Below are positions 53,050 through 64,000 of a DNA stretch of 64,000 nt, piece by piece. Below the pieces are notes generated by a model. The model had not been told where the DNA came from. It ran no database searches and saw only the letters and a program-made list of their open reading frames with translations. The DNA lies in contig NC_043009.1 of the NCBI RefSeq assembly GCF_006345805.1, forward strand, positions 22,630,001-22,694,000, in the 5' to 3' direction. The position numbers and the translations under genes were made by a program. Within the stretch, counting starts at the first letter, position 1. Each line of letters begins with the position of its first letter. This DNA comes from Octopus sinensis. Its lineage: Eukaryota.

Positions 53050-53098
<49 letters not shown>

Positions 53099-53866
53099 TA
53101 TATATATATTACATACATAAAGACACATGCACACATTCCTGTCAAGCAATAATTCTGAAATTTCTTCTCTTTTACTAGCTGTGCACTTTAGGAAGAAACA
53201 GATATATTTCAATACAAGTTATGCATAAAGTTTAAAAGAAGAAAAAAAAATAGTATTTATACAAATACTATCTTCTAATACTAATATTGGAAGCTATATT
53301 TAGCTTCTAACTATAAACAACTTAAACTATAGAAAATTATTAAGTACTTTTATATTTTATTCAATAAATAAATAAAACAGTTATCTAGACATTATATATT
53401 TAGAATTTCAGTTAGCATTTTCTTCTTTTTCCTTTTCTCCATATTTTTGAAATAATTTTACCATTTCCACAACCCACCTAGCTACATCTCTTGCAGCTCC
53501 CCAGTGTGTAATGTAGCATTTGATAAACAACTGCTCTAGGACAACACAAACCATCAAGTGCTTCACTTTTGTGATAGGAGGTACACTGTCAAGAACTGAT
53601 TAATCTTTCTCACCTGAACAAGTAGGGAGAAATGGCAATAATGGCATTTATGCATGCCTTTCTTAAAGGCAATAACGGTATAGCTACAATGACTGCAAGC
53701 CTAATCTTTCATCATCATCATTCCTCTGAGGAGTGTTCAACGTATTATGAAATGGTCCATCAAGAGACACTCTCCATGTCTATTTTCCACACATCATGGA
53801 AATGATCATATAAACCACTTTGAATATCATTTTAGCAAGTTTAAAGTCATTTCTTTTGTGCCTTAA

Positions 53867-54071
53867 CCCTTTCGTTACTGTATTTATTTTGTGATACTCT
53901 GTGTTTCTTTCAATTACTTTGAATATAACAAAGAATTTAGTAAAATAACTTAGTTATCATTCAGCTAGTGTTAAGAACATAAATTGTGACTAAGGTTTGG
54001 TGGAAGATTTTAATTCAACACTTATGAAAACAAGACCAGAGCCGGTTTCAGACAAGTTGATAATGAAAGGG
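53867..54071. mobile_element. piggyBac-type MITE
   Basis: TTAA|CCCTTTCG..GAAAGGG|TTAA termini. Confidence 0.8.
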
Positions 54072-54123
54072 TTAAACCATTTCCTACTTCTGCAGTGCCC
54101 CACCACCTCCATTGATGCTTTAA

Positions 54124-54343
54124 CCCTTTTGTTACCAACCCGGCTGAAACCGGCTCTGGCTCTGAGTACAAATGTTTTGTTTTCATAAGTTTTGAATTAA
54201 AATCTTCCACCAAATCTTAGTCACAATTTATGTTCCTAGCACTAGTTGAATGATAACTAAGTTATTTTACTAAATTCTTTGTTAAATTTAAAGTAATTGA
54301 AAGAAACACAGAGTATCTCAAAATAAATACAGTAATGAAAGGG
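54124..54343. mobile_element. piggyBac-type MITE, inverted relative to its neighbour
   Basis: TTAA|CCCTTTTG..GAAAGGG|TTAA termini. The body is the reverse complement of 53867-54071. Confidence 0.8.
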
Positions 54344-55375
54344 TTAAGCATGTGCTGCACACACACACATACACAAAACTATACTCAGTTTCGATTTTTA
54401 TTAAGGATTCTCCCTATTTACTTATGGGACCCTTTATCTTTAGTCTGGAACAATAATAATCTTAAATCAATTAGTCTATTGGCATATCAAGAATTCAAAA
54501 GAAAAGTTCTATTAATGGTGTGTTGTGGACACATTCTGCAGTTAATCACAAATGCTTTTGGGAACAATTTTATGACCAATAAAGATCCTCAATGCTGGAT
54601 TTAAAATTATACAATGGTAATATCTCTGGAACTGCACATTATTTTGGAAAAAGGATTTTGGAATTCTCTAAATGCCAAAAGATTAATGGAGTTAGGAATG
54701 TTATTGTTCCAATCTAAACGTAAAGAACTAATAAGAAAATATGAAAATTCTTGAATAATAATAATAAAAAAATAGATGATGTGTTTCTAATATGACAGGT
54801 TTAGTAAAAAAAAATTTCCCCTTCTTACATAAATATGGGTATGTATGTATAAATACATATTCATGTGACGGTCTTTCTCTCTCATTTATATATATATAAA
54901 TGTGTGTGTGTGTAAATACATATTTGAGTGTCACTAAACATACACACTATATATATGTGTGTGTGTCAATGTGTACATTTGTGTATGTATCTCTCTCTAT
55001 ATATGTGTGTGTGTGTGTGTGTATGTATTTGTGTAAATAGAAAGATACATAGTCCTTCTCAAGAATCTATATATTCACACACACACATGCTAACACTCAT
55101 TCACGAGAGCTGTGTAACCACATGCTTTTGAAGAAAATCATACTTAATAGACGCACTTCTGAAAGAACAACACATTGTCAAATTGTTAACACATGTGACA
55201 CAACCATGCATATTGGCAAGTGCAGGCATGCACACATTATGATGCTGCACACAAATGGACACACTGCATGTGCATACAAACATACATACAAAACGGCTTA
55301 CACATTAGTCATTTATATAAATGTCCTCACAACAACAAAACACACAGGCATATCCACACACATGCATTAATGTGT

Positions 55376-55602
55376 AAGATGGCGAGCTGGCAGAAACATC
55401 AGGCAAAATGCTTGGCAGTATTTTTTCTGGCGCTACGTTCTGAGTTCAAATTCCGCCGAGGTCAACTTTGCCTTTCATCCTTTTGGGGTTGATAAATTAA
55501 GTACCAGTTACGCACTGGGGTCGATGTAATAGACTTAATCCCTTTGTCTGTCCTTGTTTGTCCTTTCTATGTTTAGCCCCTTGTGGGCAATAAAGAAATA
55601 AG
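55376..55602 (+). mobile_element. Family B SINE with Tx1-like tail
   Basis: Tail TTTGTCCTTTCTATGTTTAGCCCCTTGTGGGCAATAAAGAAATAAG. Confidence 0.8.
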
Positions 55603-56088
55603 TATTTTGTCTGTCTTTATGTTCTGAGTTCATATCTCGCCGAGGTCGACTTTGCCTTTCATCCTTTCAGGGTCGATAAGTTAAGTACCAGTTGGGGAGG
55701 GAGCCAGCCAATCTAATCAACTGGCTTAAAAGTTTCAGGCCTTGTGGCTAGAGCAGAAAAGATTAATGTGTAACACGTAATTTTTTTCTGTTTTAATTGT
55801 TTTAGTCATTGGACTGCAGCACCACCTTGAAGTGTTTTTAGTCAAACAAATCAACTCCGGTACTCATTTCTTGAGCCAGGTACTTATTCTATTTGGTCAC
55901 ATTTATCAAACTGTTATGAGAATGTAAACAAACCAACATTGGTTGTCAAGCAGTGGTGGACACACACACACACATATATATTGTCAGTAAGTTATAAATC
56001 AAAAAGAGAAGCACACTCTAAGTTACAGAGCAGTAGATAAAGATAGCTATGGCTAGTCTATGGGGTTAGCTATCTTTATCTTTCTTTA

Positions 56089-56200
<112 letters not shown>

Positions 56201-56335
56201 GTTAGGAAGGGCATCAAGCCGTAGAAACATTGCCAGACCAAACTGGGCCTGGTGCAGCCTTCTGGCTTCCCAGACCCCAGTTGAACCGTCCAACCCATGC
56301 TAGCATGGAAAGCGGACGCTAAACGATGATGATGA

Positions 56336-56372
<37 letters not shown>

Positions 56373-56378
56373 TAGATA

Positions 56379-59300
56379 ACTTTCTTTTATTAGCCACACA
56401 GGGCTGAATACAGAGGGGACAAATACAAATGCAGAGCTTTTCTTTTCGAGGGTGGAAAAAAATAAAAAATGTAAGATTGCGATCAAAAGGGATCGAGAGG
56501 AGGAAAAAAAGGAAAAAAAAGAAAATCGTGTATCACAGAAATAATGGTGTAAACATTGATATAACAAGAGTGGGTTCATCCGTGGGAAGAAAAGCCTACA
56601 GAAAAGACCACGGGAACCCCAGTCAGGGAGGAAATAAACACATGAGGTCAAAAATGCTCTCTTTTTTTCTTTTTTACGATCTACAGGATCATGCTCAAAA
56701 TGGTTTCGTTACTAGCACGCACCATCTTTGCAACATTCACCCATCTTTTTTTGAATCTTTCGCGAGACAAAACTTCCCTCTCCATTCTCACCTTCCTTTT
56801 CAAGTGGTACTTGAAAAAGTTGATGAGCGATTGGCCAGAGAGGTAAGTGTTTGTCTCTAATCCTTTCGCTCGAGTCCACCACACACATTCTTTCACCATG
56901 GCCACCAGTACGATGAAAACTGCCTTGCCTTCCCGGTTGAGGGAAGGGGGCGGAGCAATTTTCACGATAGACTCGGCCGATAGGCGGATTCGCCCCACAC
57001 GTGACAGCAGCCGTTCGGCATAAGCCCACAGGTCGGAAATGGTTGGACATTGCACGAGTGCGTGCAGAACGGTTTCGTCGCTCTGACCGCATCTCGGGCA
57101 AGTCGGTCCAGTGTGTCTGGAACCGTGTCTGTAGAGCTTATCCCGAACAGGTAATGCTTCTCGATAGCACTGCCAGGCCAGGGATCTTTGGTGATTGTTC
57201 ATAGGTCCCGGCCCGAAAGTTGTCCTGAACAGGCGGGTCAGGTGTTCCTCGTCGACGCCCAGACTCTGCCCGAGTTCGTCGTCGCACCTCCCCTCCACTA
57301 ATCCTCTATAGAATGCCTTTGTTGTGATGGAGTCGCACAAGTTCGATCCCGGACGGCAGAGTTGCTTGAGAGCAACGCGACACTCACGGTGCCATTCGCC
57401 TAGCCTCGGTCTCTGCTTGATCCATGACTGTAGTTCGTCCAAGGAGACGAGCTGCGGGAAAGCGCGCCGCACAAAAGGCGACCACCCCTGTTCACCGTTG
57501 TCTATGAAGCGCCGGAGATGTCGCAGTCTCAGCGCATGTCTGCGCATCATCAACCACGGCATGCCCAGCCCTCCATTTAGCGGGTGTTGGCAGCAAATGG
57601 ATCGCCTAACCATCGGAACGTTTCCCTTCCACAAGAAGCGGAAGAGTATGCGTTCCAGTTTGGTGATGGTAGGGTCGGGACAAGGCACGACGGTCAGACG
57701 GTACTCGATGACGGATGCGATGTACGCGTTCGCCACCTCCGCCCGACCTTTTAGGGATAGCTTTCTCTCAGTCCATTTCTGGGTGAGAGTAGCCACCCTA
57801 GTCGTTATCTCGCCCCAGTTCTTCTCCATTTGGAGGTCCGGACCGAACCAGACCCCGAGCAATTTAACCGGTCCGTCCGTCCAGCGTCCCACGATGGAGA
57901 CGCTGTTGGACGGCATGGGCTTGCTTCTCCAGGTGCCGAGCCGCAAGCCCACTGACTTTTCCCGGTTAATTTTTGCTCCCGTTACCGCTTCGTATTCTTT
58001 CAGTGTCTCGCCGACCAGCTCGATGTGCTCGTAGCTCGACACTATGACGGTGACGTCATCCGCGTATGCAGACACGCTCCTCCCGCATCCCAGCTCTCGT
58101 GGGATGCCCCTCAGCGTCGCCAGTTTCCGCAGTAGTGGCTCAAGAGTCAGTACATACAGCAGCGATGAGAGGGGGCATCCCTGACGAACCGAACGCATGA
58201 TGTTAAAAGGTCTGGATAGATGACCATTTACGCGAACTACTGAGCGGATGCCGCTGTATAAGGCAGCGATCCAACCGCGGAAAACTGGACCGAAACCAGC
58301 CGCTTTGAGGACAGCCTCCAAGTAGTGATGGTCTACCCTATCGAAGGCTTTTGATTGATCCAAATTGATCAGCGCCCCACCCATGCCAGGATTTTTAACT
58401 ACCCTGTCTATGATGTAGCGCATCAGATGGAGGTTGTCATGAATACTTCTACCCGGCACGGCGCATGTTTGCGCCTTGTCGATTAGTTTCTTGATGACAA
58501 GCGCCAACCTCTCGGCTAACACCTTGGCCAAAATTTTCAAATCTGCGTTGAGCAGAGTGATGGGCCTGAAATTATCTATGACGTCCCCCTTGTTTGGGTC
58601 TTTCTTGATCAGTGCCACTGCTCCTCGCTTTACAAAAGCAGGAATACTCCCGTTCTGCTGCCAGTTGCAGTAGACAGCTGCCAAGACGCCTCCAAACAAG
58701 TCTGGCATATGAAAATAAAATTCGTAGGGCAGACCATCCAAGCCTGGTGACTTGTCTCTCGCGCAGCCTACCATCGCATCCTGTACGTCCGCAGCTGTGA
58801 TAGGCTTTTCACAAGACTCCACCTCCCTTGCTGAGAGTCGTGGCAAGGCATGCAGGTAGGCACTAAAGTCCACTCTGCTTTCTGACTCACCACTTGTCCC
58901 AAACAGTTGGGTGAAGTGTTGTTGAAAAACCCCACACATCCTTTTAGGCTCGAGCAATTCGCGCCCCTGTTCATCTATAAGAGACTTGATGGTGGCTCTG
59001 TTGCCTCGTTGCGTCTCCACCACTCGGGCCTCTTGGGCGGCTCCAACTCCTTCGTTCCTCAGAGCACGCATCCTAGCTCTGACAACGCATCCCTCGTGTT
59101 TGGCGTTGAGGTGTTGGTCGAGGGCCAATCTCGCCGCCAGTACGTTGGACGCGATGCCAGTTCTAAGTGCCTCTTCTAAAACCTTAACTAATTCTCCCTC
59201 TACTCTATTTCGGTCTAATGCTAGGGCTCTACTGTATCTGACTGATTCTGCTTTAATCGCTTTTTTTAGGGCATACCACCATCTGTTGTTGATGATGGTA

Positions 59301-59455
59301 CCCGTCAAAGCTCTCTTAACTAATGTGCTGATCCGGTCCCTGTAAACCTGTCGTGCTGTAAAAGACGCGTTCAGTTTCCAGTAACCAGGACCCTGCCTAT
59401 GTGTCTTATCTAAGTCAAGTGTACAAGTCACAAACTTGTGATCTGTGTAACTGAC
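56379..59455 (-). mobile_element. Young 5'-truncated Tx1/L1-clade non-LTR retrotransposon
   Basis: Open ORF2, ~300-nt 3' UTR ending AATAAAAGAAAGT, and the 14-mer TATATAGATAGATA on both sides (56365-56378 and 59456-59469). Confidence 0.9.
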
Positions 59456-59551
59456 TATATAGATAGATAGATAGACAGACAGATAGACAGATAGATAGAT
59501 AGACAGATAGATATATATATATATAAAGAGAGAATATAGAGTTTTCATCAA
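56681..59551 (-). CDS. ORF2 of the Tx1/L1-clade LINE: C-terminal end of the APE endonuclease, reverse transcriptase and CCHC zinc knuckle. The first 32 aa come from the microsatellite flank and are not element sequence.
   Basis: Motifs TDH and YWKLN; KSPGLDG, FRPITLLN, DQSKAFDRV, RQGCPLS, YADD; CPRCGQSDETVLHALVQC. Confidence 0.95.
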   Translation of the reverse strand: MMKTLYSLFIYIYIYLSIYLSVYLSVYLSIYIVSYTDHKFVTCTLDLDKTHRQGPGYWKLNASFTARQVYRDRISTLVKRALTGTIINNRWWYALKKAIKAESVRYSRALALDRNRVEGELVKVLEEALRTGIASNVLAARLALDQHLNAKHEGCVVRARMRALRNEGVGAAQEARVVETQRGNRATIKSLIDEQGRELLEPKRMCGVFQQHFTQLFGTSGESESRVDFSAYLHALPRLSAREVESCEKPITAADVQDAMVGCARDKSPGLDGLPYEFYFHMPDLFGGVLAAVYCNWQQNGSIPAFVKRGAVALIKKDPNKGDVIDNFRPITLLNADLKILAKVLAERLALVIKKLIDKAQTCAVPGRSIHDNLHLMRYIIDRVVKNPGMGGALINLDQSKAFDRVDHHYLEAVLKAAGFGPVFRGWIAALYSGIRSVVRVNGHLSRPFNIMRSVRQGCPLSSLLYVLTLEPLLRKLATLRGIPRELGCGRSVSAYADDVTVIVSSYEHIELVGETLKEYEAVTGAKINREKSVGLRLGTWRSKPMPSNSVSIVGRWTDGPVKLLGVWFGPDLQMEKNWGEITTRVATLTQKWTERKLSLKGRAEVANAYIASVIEYRLTVVPCPDPTITKLERILFRFLWKGNVPMVRRSICCQHPLNGGLGMPWLMMRRHALRLRHLRRFIDNGEQGWSPFVRRAFPQLVSLDELQSWIKQRPRLGEWHRECRVALKQLCRPGSNLCDSITTKAFYRGLVEGRCDDELGQSLGVDEEHLTRLFRTTFGPGPMNNHQRSLAWQCYREALPVRDKLYRHGSRHTGPTCPRCGQSDETVLHALVQCPTISDLWAYAERLLSRVGRIRLSAESIVKIAPPPSLNREGKAVFIVLVAMVKECVWWTRAKGLETNTYLSGQSLINFFKYHLKRKVRMEREVLSRERFKKRWVNVAKMVRASNETILSMIL

Positions 59552-59611
59552 CTGATGTAATGTAATAGGTATGTACCTATTTATATGTGTGTGTGTATAT
59601 ATATATATATA

Positions 59612-59643
<32 letters not shown>

Positions 59644-59867
59644 TAGACAGATAGATAGATAGACAGATAGATATATATATATATAAAGAGAGAATATAGA
59701 GTTTTCATCAACTGATGTAATGTAATAGGTATGTACCTATTTATATGTGTGTGTGTGTATATATATATATATAGATAGATAGATAGATAGATATAGAGAG
59801 AATATAGTTTTCATCAACTGATGTAATGTAATAGGTATGTACCTATTTATATATATGTGTGTGTATG

Positions 59868-59880
<13 letters not shown>
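59461..59880. repeat. Three tandem copies of a unique ~43-bp core embedded in GATA/TA/TG microsatellites
   Basis: GTTTTCATCAACTGATGTAATGTAATAGGTATGTACCTATTTA at about 59541, 59701 and 59807. Confidence 0.9.
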
Positions 59881-59906
<26 letters not shown>

Positions 59907-60119
59907 CAGGCTTCCTTCAGCTTCCATCTACCAAATCCACTGATGAGGCTATGGTTGACCTAGGATTTAGTAGAAGAAACTTGTCCAAGGTGACATGCAA
60001 TGGGATTGAACTCAGAACCATGTGTTTGGGAAGTAAATTTCTCACCACAAAACCATGCTTGTGTCTATAAATATGTATGTATGTATATCTATATACATAC
60101 ATACACACACACATATAAA

Positions 60120-60172
<53 letters not shown>

Positions 60173-60298
60173 TCACCATGTTAAACATTCATATGACAAA
60201 TGTATATACAGATGCACAATTATACAAAAAAGCAGATGTACATGCAAACATACATACACGTGTTACACATACAGATGCATTGTGCATACATATACATA

Positions 60299-60686
60299 CG
60301 CAGGAGTGGCTGTGTGGTAAGTAGCTTGCTAACCAACCACATGGTTCCGGGTTCAGTCCCACTGCGTGGCATCTTGGGCAAGTGTCTTCTGCTATAGCCC
60401 CGGGCCTACCAATGCGTTGTGAGTGGATTTGGTAGACGGAAACTGAAAGAAGCCCGTCGTATATATGTATATATATGTGTATGTGTGTGTGTTTGTCCCC
60501 CTAGCATTGCTTGACAACCGATGCTGGTGTGTTTACGTCCCCGTCACTTAGCAGTTTGGCAAAAGAGACCAATAGAATAAGTACTGGGCTTACAAAGAAT
60601 AAGTCCCGGGATCGATTTGCTTGACTAAAGGCGGTGCTCCAGTATGGCCGCAGTCAAATGACTGAAACAAGTAAAAGAGTAAAAGA
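60299..60686 (+). mobile_element. Family A SINE (little diverged)
   Basis: Head, linker and (GTAAAAGA)2 tail. Another copy is at 62245-62642. Confidence 0.8.
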
Positions 60687-60845
60687 ATACACTGGCATTC
60701 ATGTTATAAAAATACATTGTGTCACATGCACAATTGCACAACAAACACACACATCCATCCATATATATATATATACACACACACATTCACTAGACATTCA
60801 GGATACAAATATACTTTCTGAAATATGTACAATTTCACAAAAATG

Positions 60846-60879
<34 letters not shown>

Positions 60880-61956
60880 CACACACACATATATACACAT
60901 ATATTCACTAAGACATGATGGAAATATACATTGGCATAGGCACAATTACACAAAAATGCATACATGCACACACACGTCAATACACCTACTCAATGACACA
61001 CATACCCAATGACATACACACGCAGACACTCTCACCACCACATACTGTAACAAAAAAAATTAACAGAAAAAAAAGAAAGAAAAACAACAAAAACCCACTC
61101 AACCACATACACACATCAGGTAGTAATTTTTTATTTTAAAGAATATGAAAAGAATATCTTTATATTGTTCACTGCAAGCAGGAAATGCTTCTTTGTTGTT
61201 AATCTCTTACTGTAATCTGGTGAAATATCTTAACAACTTCACAGACTGATTCATGTCTACCATTGTCCGTTTGTAAAATGGTTTCAATGAATTTTTTTTT
61301 TGCTCTAAACTTTTTCTAGTCTGCCCTCCCCCCTTCTCTTCCTCCTCTTCCTCTCCTTACTTCATTCATGTGGTGTGTCAGGAGTTGTTTCCACCACCAG
61401 AAAGTCTACAGATAACTATTTCTTCACAGGCACATACCATCAATTCAAATAACGAGAAGAGGTGGGGTGGGGTGGGTGGGGGTGAGAGAGGGCAACGACG
61501 GTGATCTACATGGTCACTTGCTTTGCTAGAAATAGCAGTTCAATCTCTTCCAAATCACACTTTACCACTCAAAAAAAAAAAAAGAAGAGAGAGAGAGAGA
61601 GAGAAAGAAAGGATGGACACATTAAATGATGAGGTTCTAGAAATCTTTTATACCAACAGGATGGTCACAGTTGGAATACTTTGATCGTAAGTTTGCTAAA
61701 ACATGGTTGCCCTGAAGGTTAAACATAAAAACCAACAACTGACTCAAATGTTTTGATCACCACATGTCTTCAAAATTGGCAACATAAATCAGACACGAAA
61801 GATATATAGAAGTTTTAGTTTTTTTTTGTTCGAAAATCAAGCCATCATTTTGCTGCTCCTCAAAGTTTAAAGGATAAAGAAAAATATTCTAATTCATGTA
61901 CTGGGTACTTTTCTCTTCCATTAGTTCATACAGATGTGTGTGAGTGTGCATATGTT

Positions 61957-61987
<31 letters not shown>

Positions 61988-63672
61988 GTGTGTGTGGTCA
62001 TGCTTTCAAAGAAAATTGGGAATGAAGGACACTCCTCCTATGATGGTGACATTCATTCACAACTATCATAATATGTGATGGCAGGGATAGACAGACACAC
62101 ACACACACACACACACACATACATGTGATGGGCTTCTTTCAGCTTTCATCCACCAAAGCTTTGGTTAGCTTTGGGACTGAACTCAAAACCATGCAGTTAA
62201 GAAGTCTTTACCACACAACCATGCCTGCTCATTCAATGAAGTATAGGTGCAGGCATAGCTGTGTGGTAGGGAGCTTGCTTCCCTACCACATGGTTCCAAG
62301 TTCAGTCCCACTGCGTGGCACCTTGGGTAAGTGTCTTCAACTATAAACTCAGGCTGACCAAAACCTGCTGAGTGGATTTTTTTAGAAGGAAAATGAAAGA
62401 AGCCCATCGTATATACATGTATATGTGTCTGTGTCTTTGTGTCTGTGTCTGTTCCCCACATCACTGCTTGACAGCTGGTGTTGGTGTGTTTACATCCCCA
62501 TAACTTAGCGGTTCAGCAAAAGGGTCTGATAGAATAAGTACCAGGTTTTAAAAGAATAAGTCCTGTGGTTGATTTGTTTAACTGAAACCTTTCAAAGCAA
62601 TCTCCAGCATGGCCAGAGTCAGATGACTGAAACAAGTAAAAGAATATATGTGTGTGTGTGTGTGTGTGTATGTGTAACTTTCACTTGTTTTAGTCATTAG
62701 ACTGTGGCCATGCGGAGGTACCATCTTGAAGGGTTTTAGTCGAATGAATCAAGCCCAATACTTTTTTTTTAAAGCCTAGTAATTATTCTATCAGTCTCTT
62801 TTGCCAAATTGCTAAGTTACAAGGATGTAAACAAACTAACATCAGTTGTCAAACAGTGGTAGGAACAAATACACACATATACACACAACACACACACGAT
62901 GGGCTTCTTTCAGTATCCATCCACCAAATCCACTCATAAGGCTTTGGTCAGTCCAGGGATATAGTAGAAGACACTTGCCCAAGCTGCCATGCAGTGGGAC
63001 TGAACCCTGAACCATGAGGTTGGAAAGTAAATTTCTTACCACATGGCTACACCTACAAATTACAGTTCTACATACCTTATATAATCTACCAGATATCTTG
63101 TTTTATTAAATATTGGTTTCAAATTTTGAGACAAGGCCAGCAATTTCAAGAAGGGGCACATACATATACCCAGGCTAATTCCCCCTTTTTTTTAGGAGTG
63201 GGTAGCCACAACAAGACACACACCAGGCACTCCATTCATTACCCAGTTCAAAGCAGCTAGCCCCATCCTATGTTCGGGCCAAGTCACAGAACACAATGCC
63301 AATATCAGCAGCAGGGCCCGACAGCATATGCTCTGCTGCCTCATACTAGTTGGATACACTTTTGAGCAACATCTAGAAGGGGTAAATATATATAAGCATA
63401 GGGCTATAGCGGATTTGTTTCACACATTGGACTGTGGTACTATTGCCTTATAGAATATGTGTGTGCATAAATAAATATATGAAATTATTCAAAGGACATA
63501 CTAAGTATGTCTACCTGCTGGAAATAACAGTCAAAACTCTTATTTAAATTGCCGAAATACAGTGATACTAATTACAGAAATCAACCATCTGAAGGCAAAT
63601 GGGCTAAGACAATCTCTCAGCATAACAAAGATAATATCTTTGCAAATATTTTCTCCTGAATTACTTGCTTTG

Positions 63673-63717
<45 letters not shown>

Positions 63718-63807
63718 AATAATAATAATAATAATAATATGAGGGAAAATTATTCCAAACTTACAGGGAAAAATTCAATTTAGAAATACTAAATCAAATT
63801 TCACAAA

Positions 63808-63861
<54 letters not shown>

Positions 63862-64000
63862 CATATATAAGTTAGAAAAAAAACCCCACCTTTTACAATT
63901 CAATAATGAAAAACTAAATTATACCATCTAGAAAATTACATATTATAGAAAGATTAAATATAAGATAAAACATATAACGATGATTAAGTAATGTGCAAAA

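Noticed and set aside
53720-53765. CTGAGGA...GAAATGGTC
   Set aside because: Stem II is weak and there is no stem I partner.

Overview
Repeat-dense, AT-rich animal DNA with no recognisable host protein-coding exon. The SINE and LINE families resemble ones I recall from Octopus, so a cephalopod origin is an inference that I have not checked against a database. Contents: many tRNA-headed SINEs of about four families; many 5'-truncated RTE LINE pieces; a very young 5'-truncated Tx1/L1-clade LINE (924 uninterrupted element-derived codons, 14-bp TSD in a TA/GATA microsatellite); piggyBac- and hAT-type MITEs; two tandem non-autonomous Helitrons; a 5'-clipped tRNA-Asn copy; and abundant microsatellites, which account for many of the ORF-track entries. 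Main result: three sequence-unrelated elements (15.7, 28.1 and 49.3 kb) are each a fold-back (inverted) dimer with a type I hammerhead ribozyme (HHR) motif in both arms, which is the Penelope-like/retrozyme signature. The first resembles a Penelope remnant with an unusually long stem II. The second is a ~352-nt monomer whose junctions imply a circular or tandem template. The third has a tRNA-like head and a decayed hammerhead-bearing tail. Second result: one SINE subfamily shares its 3' tail and terminal hairpin with the Tx1 LINE, and three of its four copies sit at the same site inside another SINE family.
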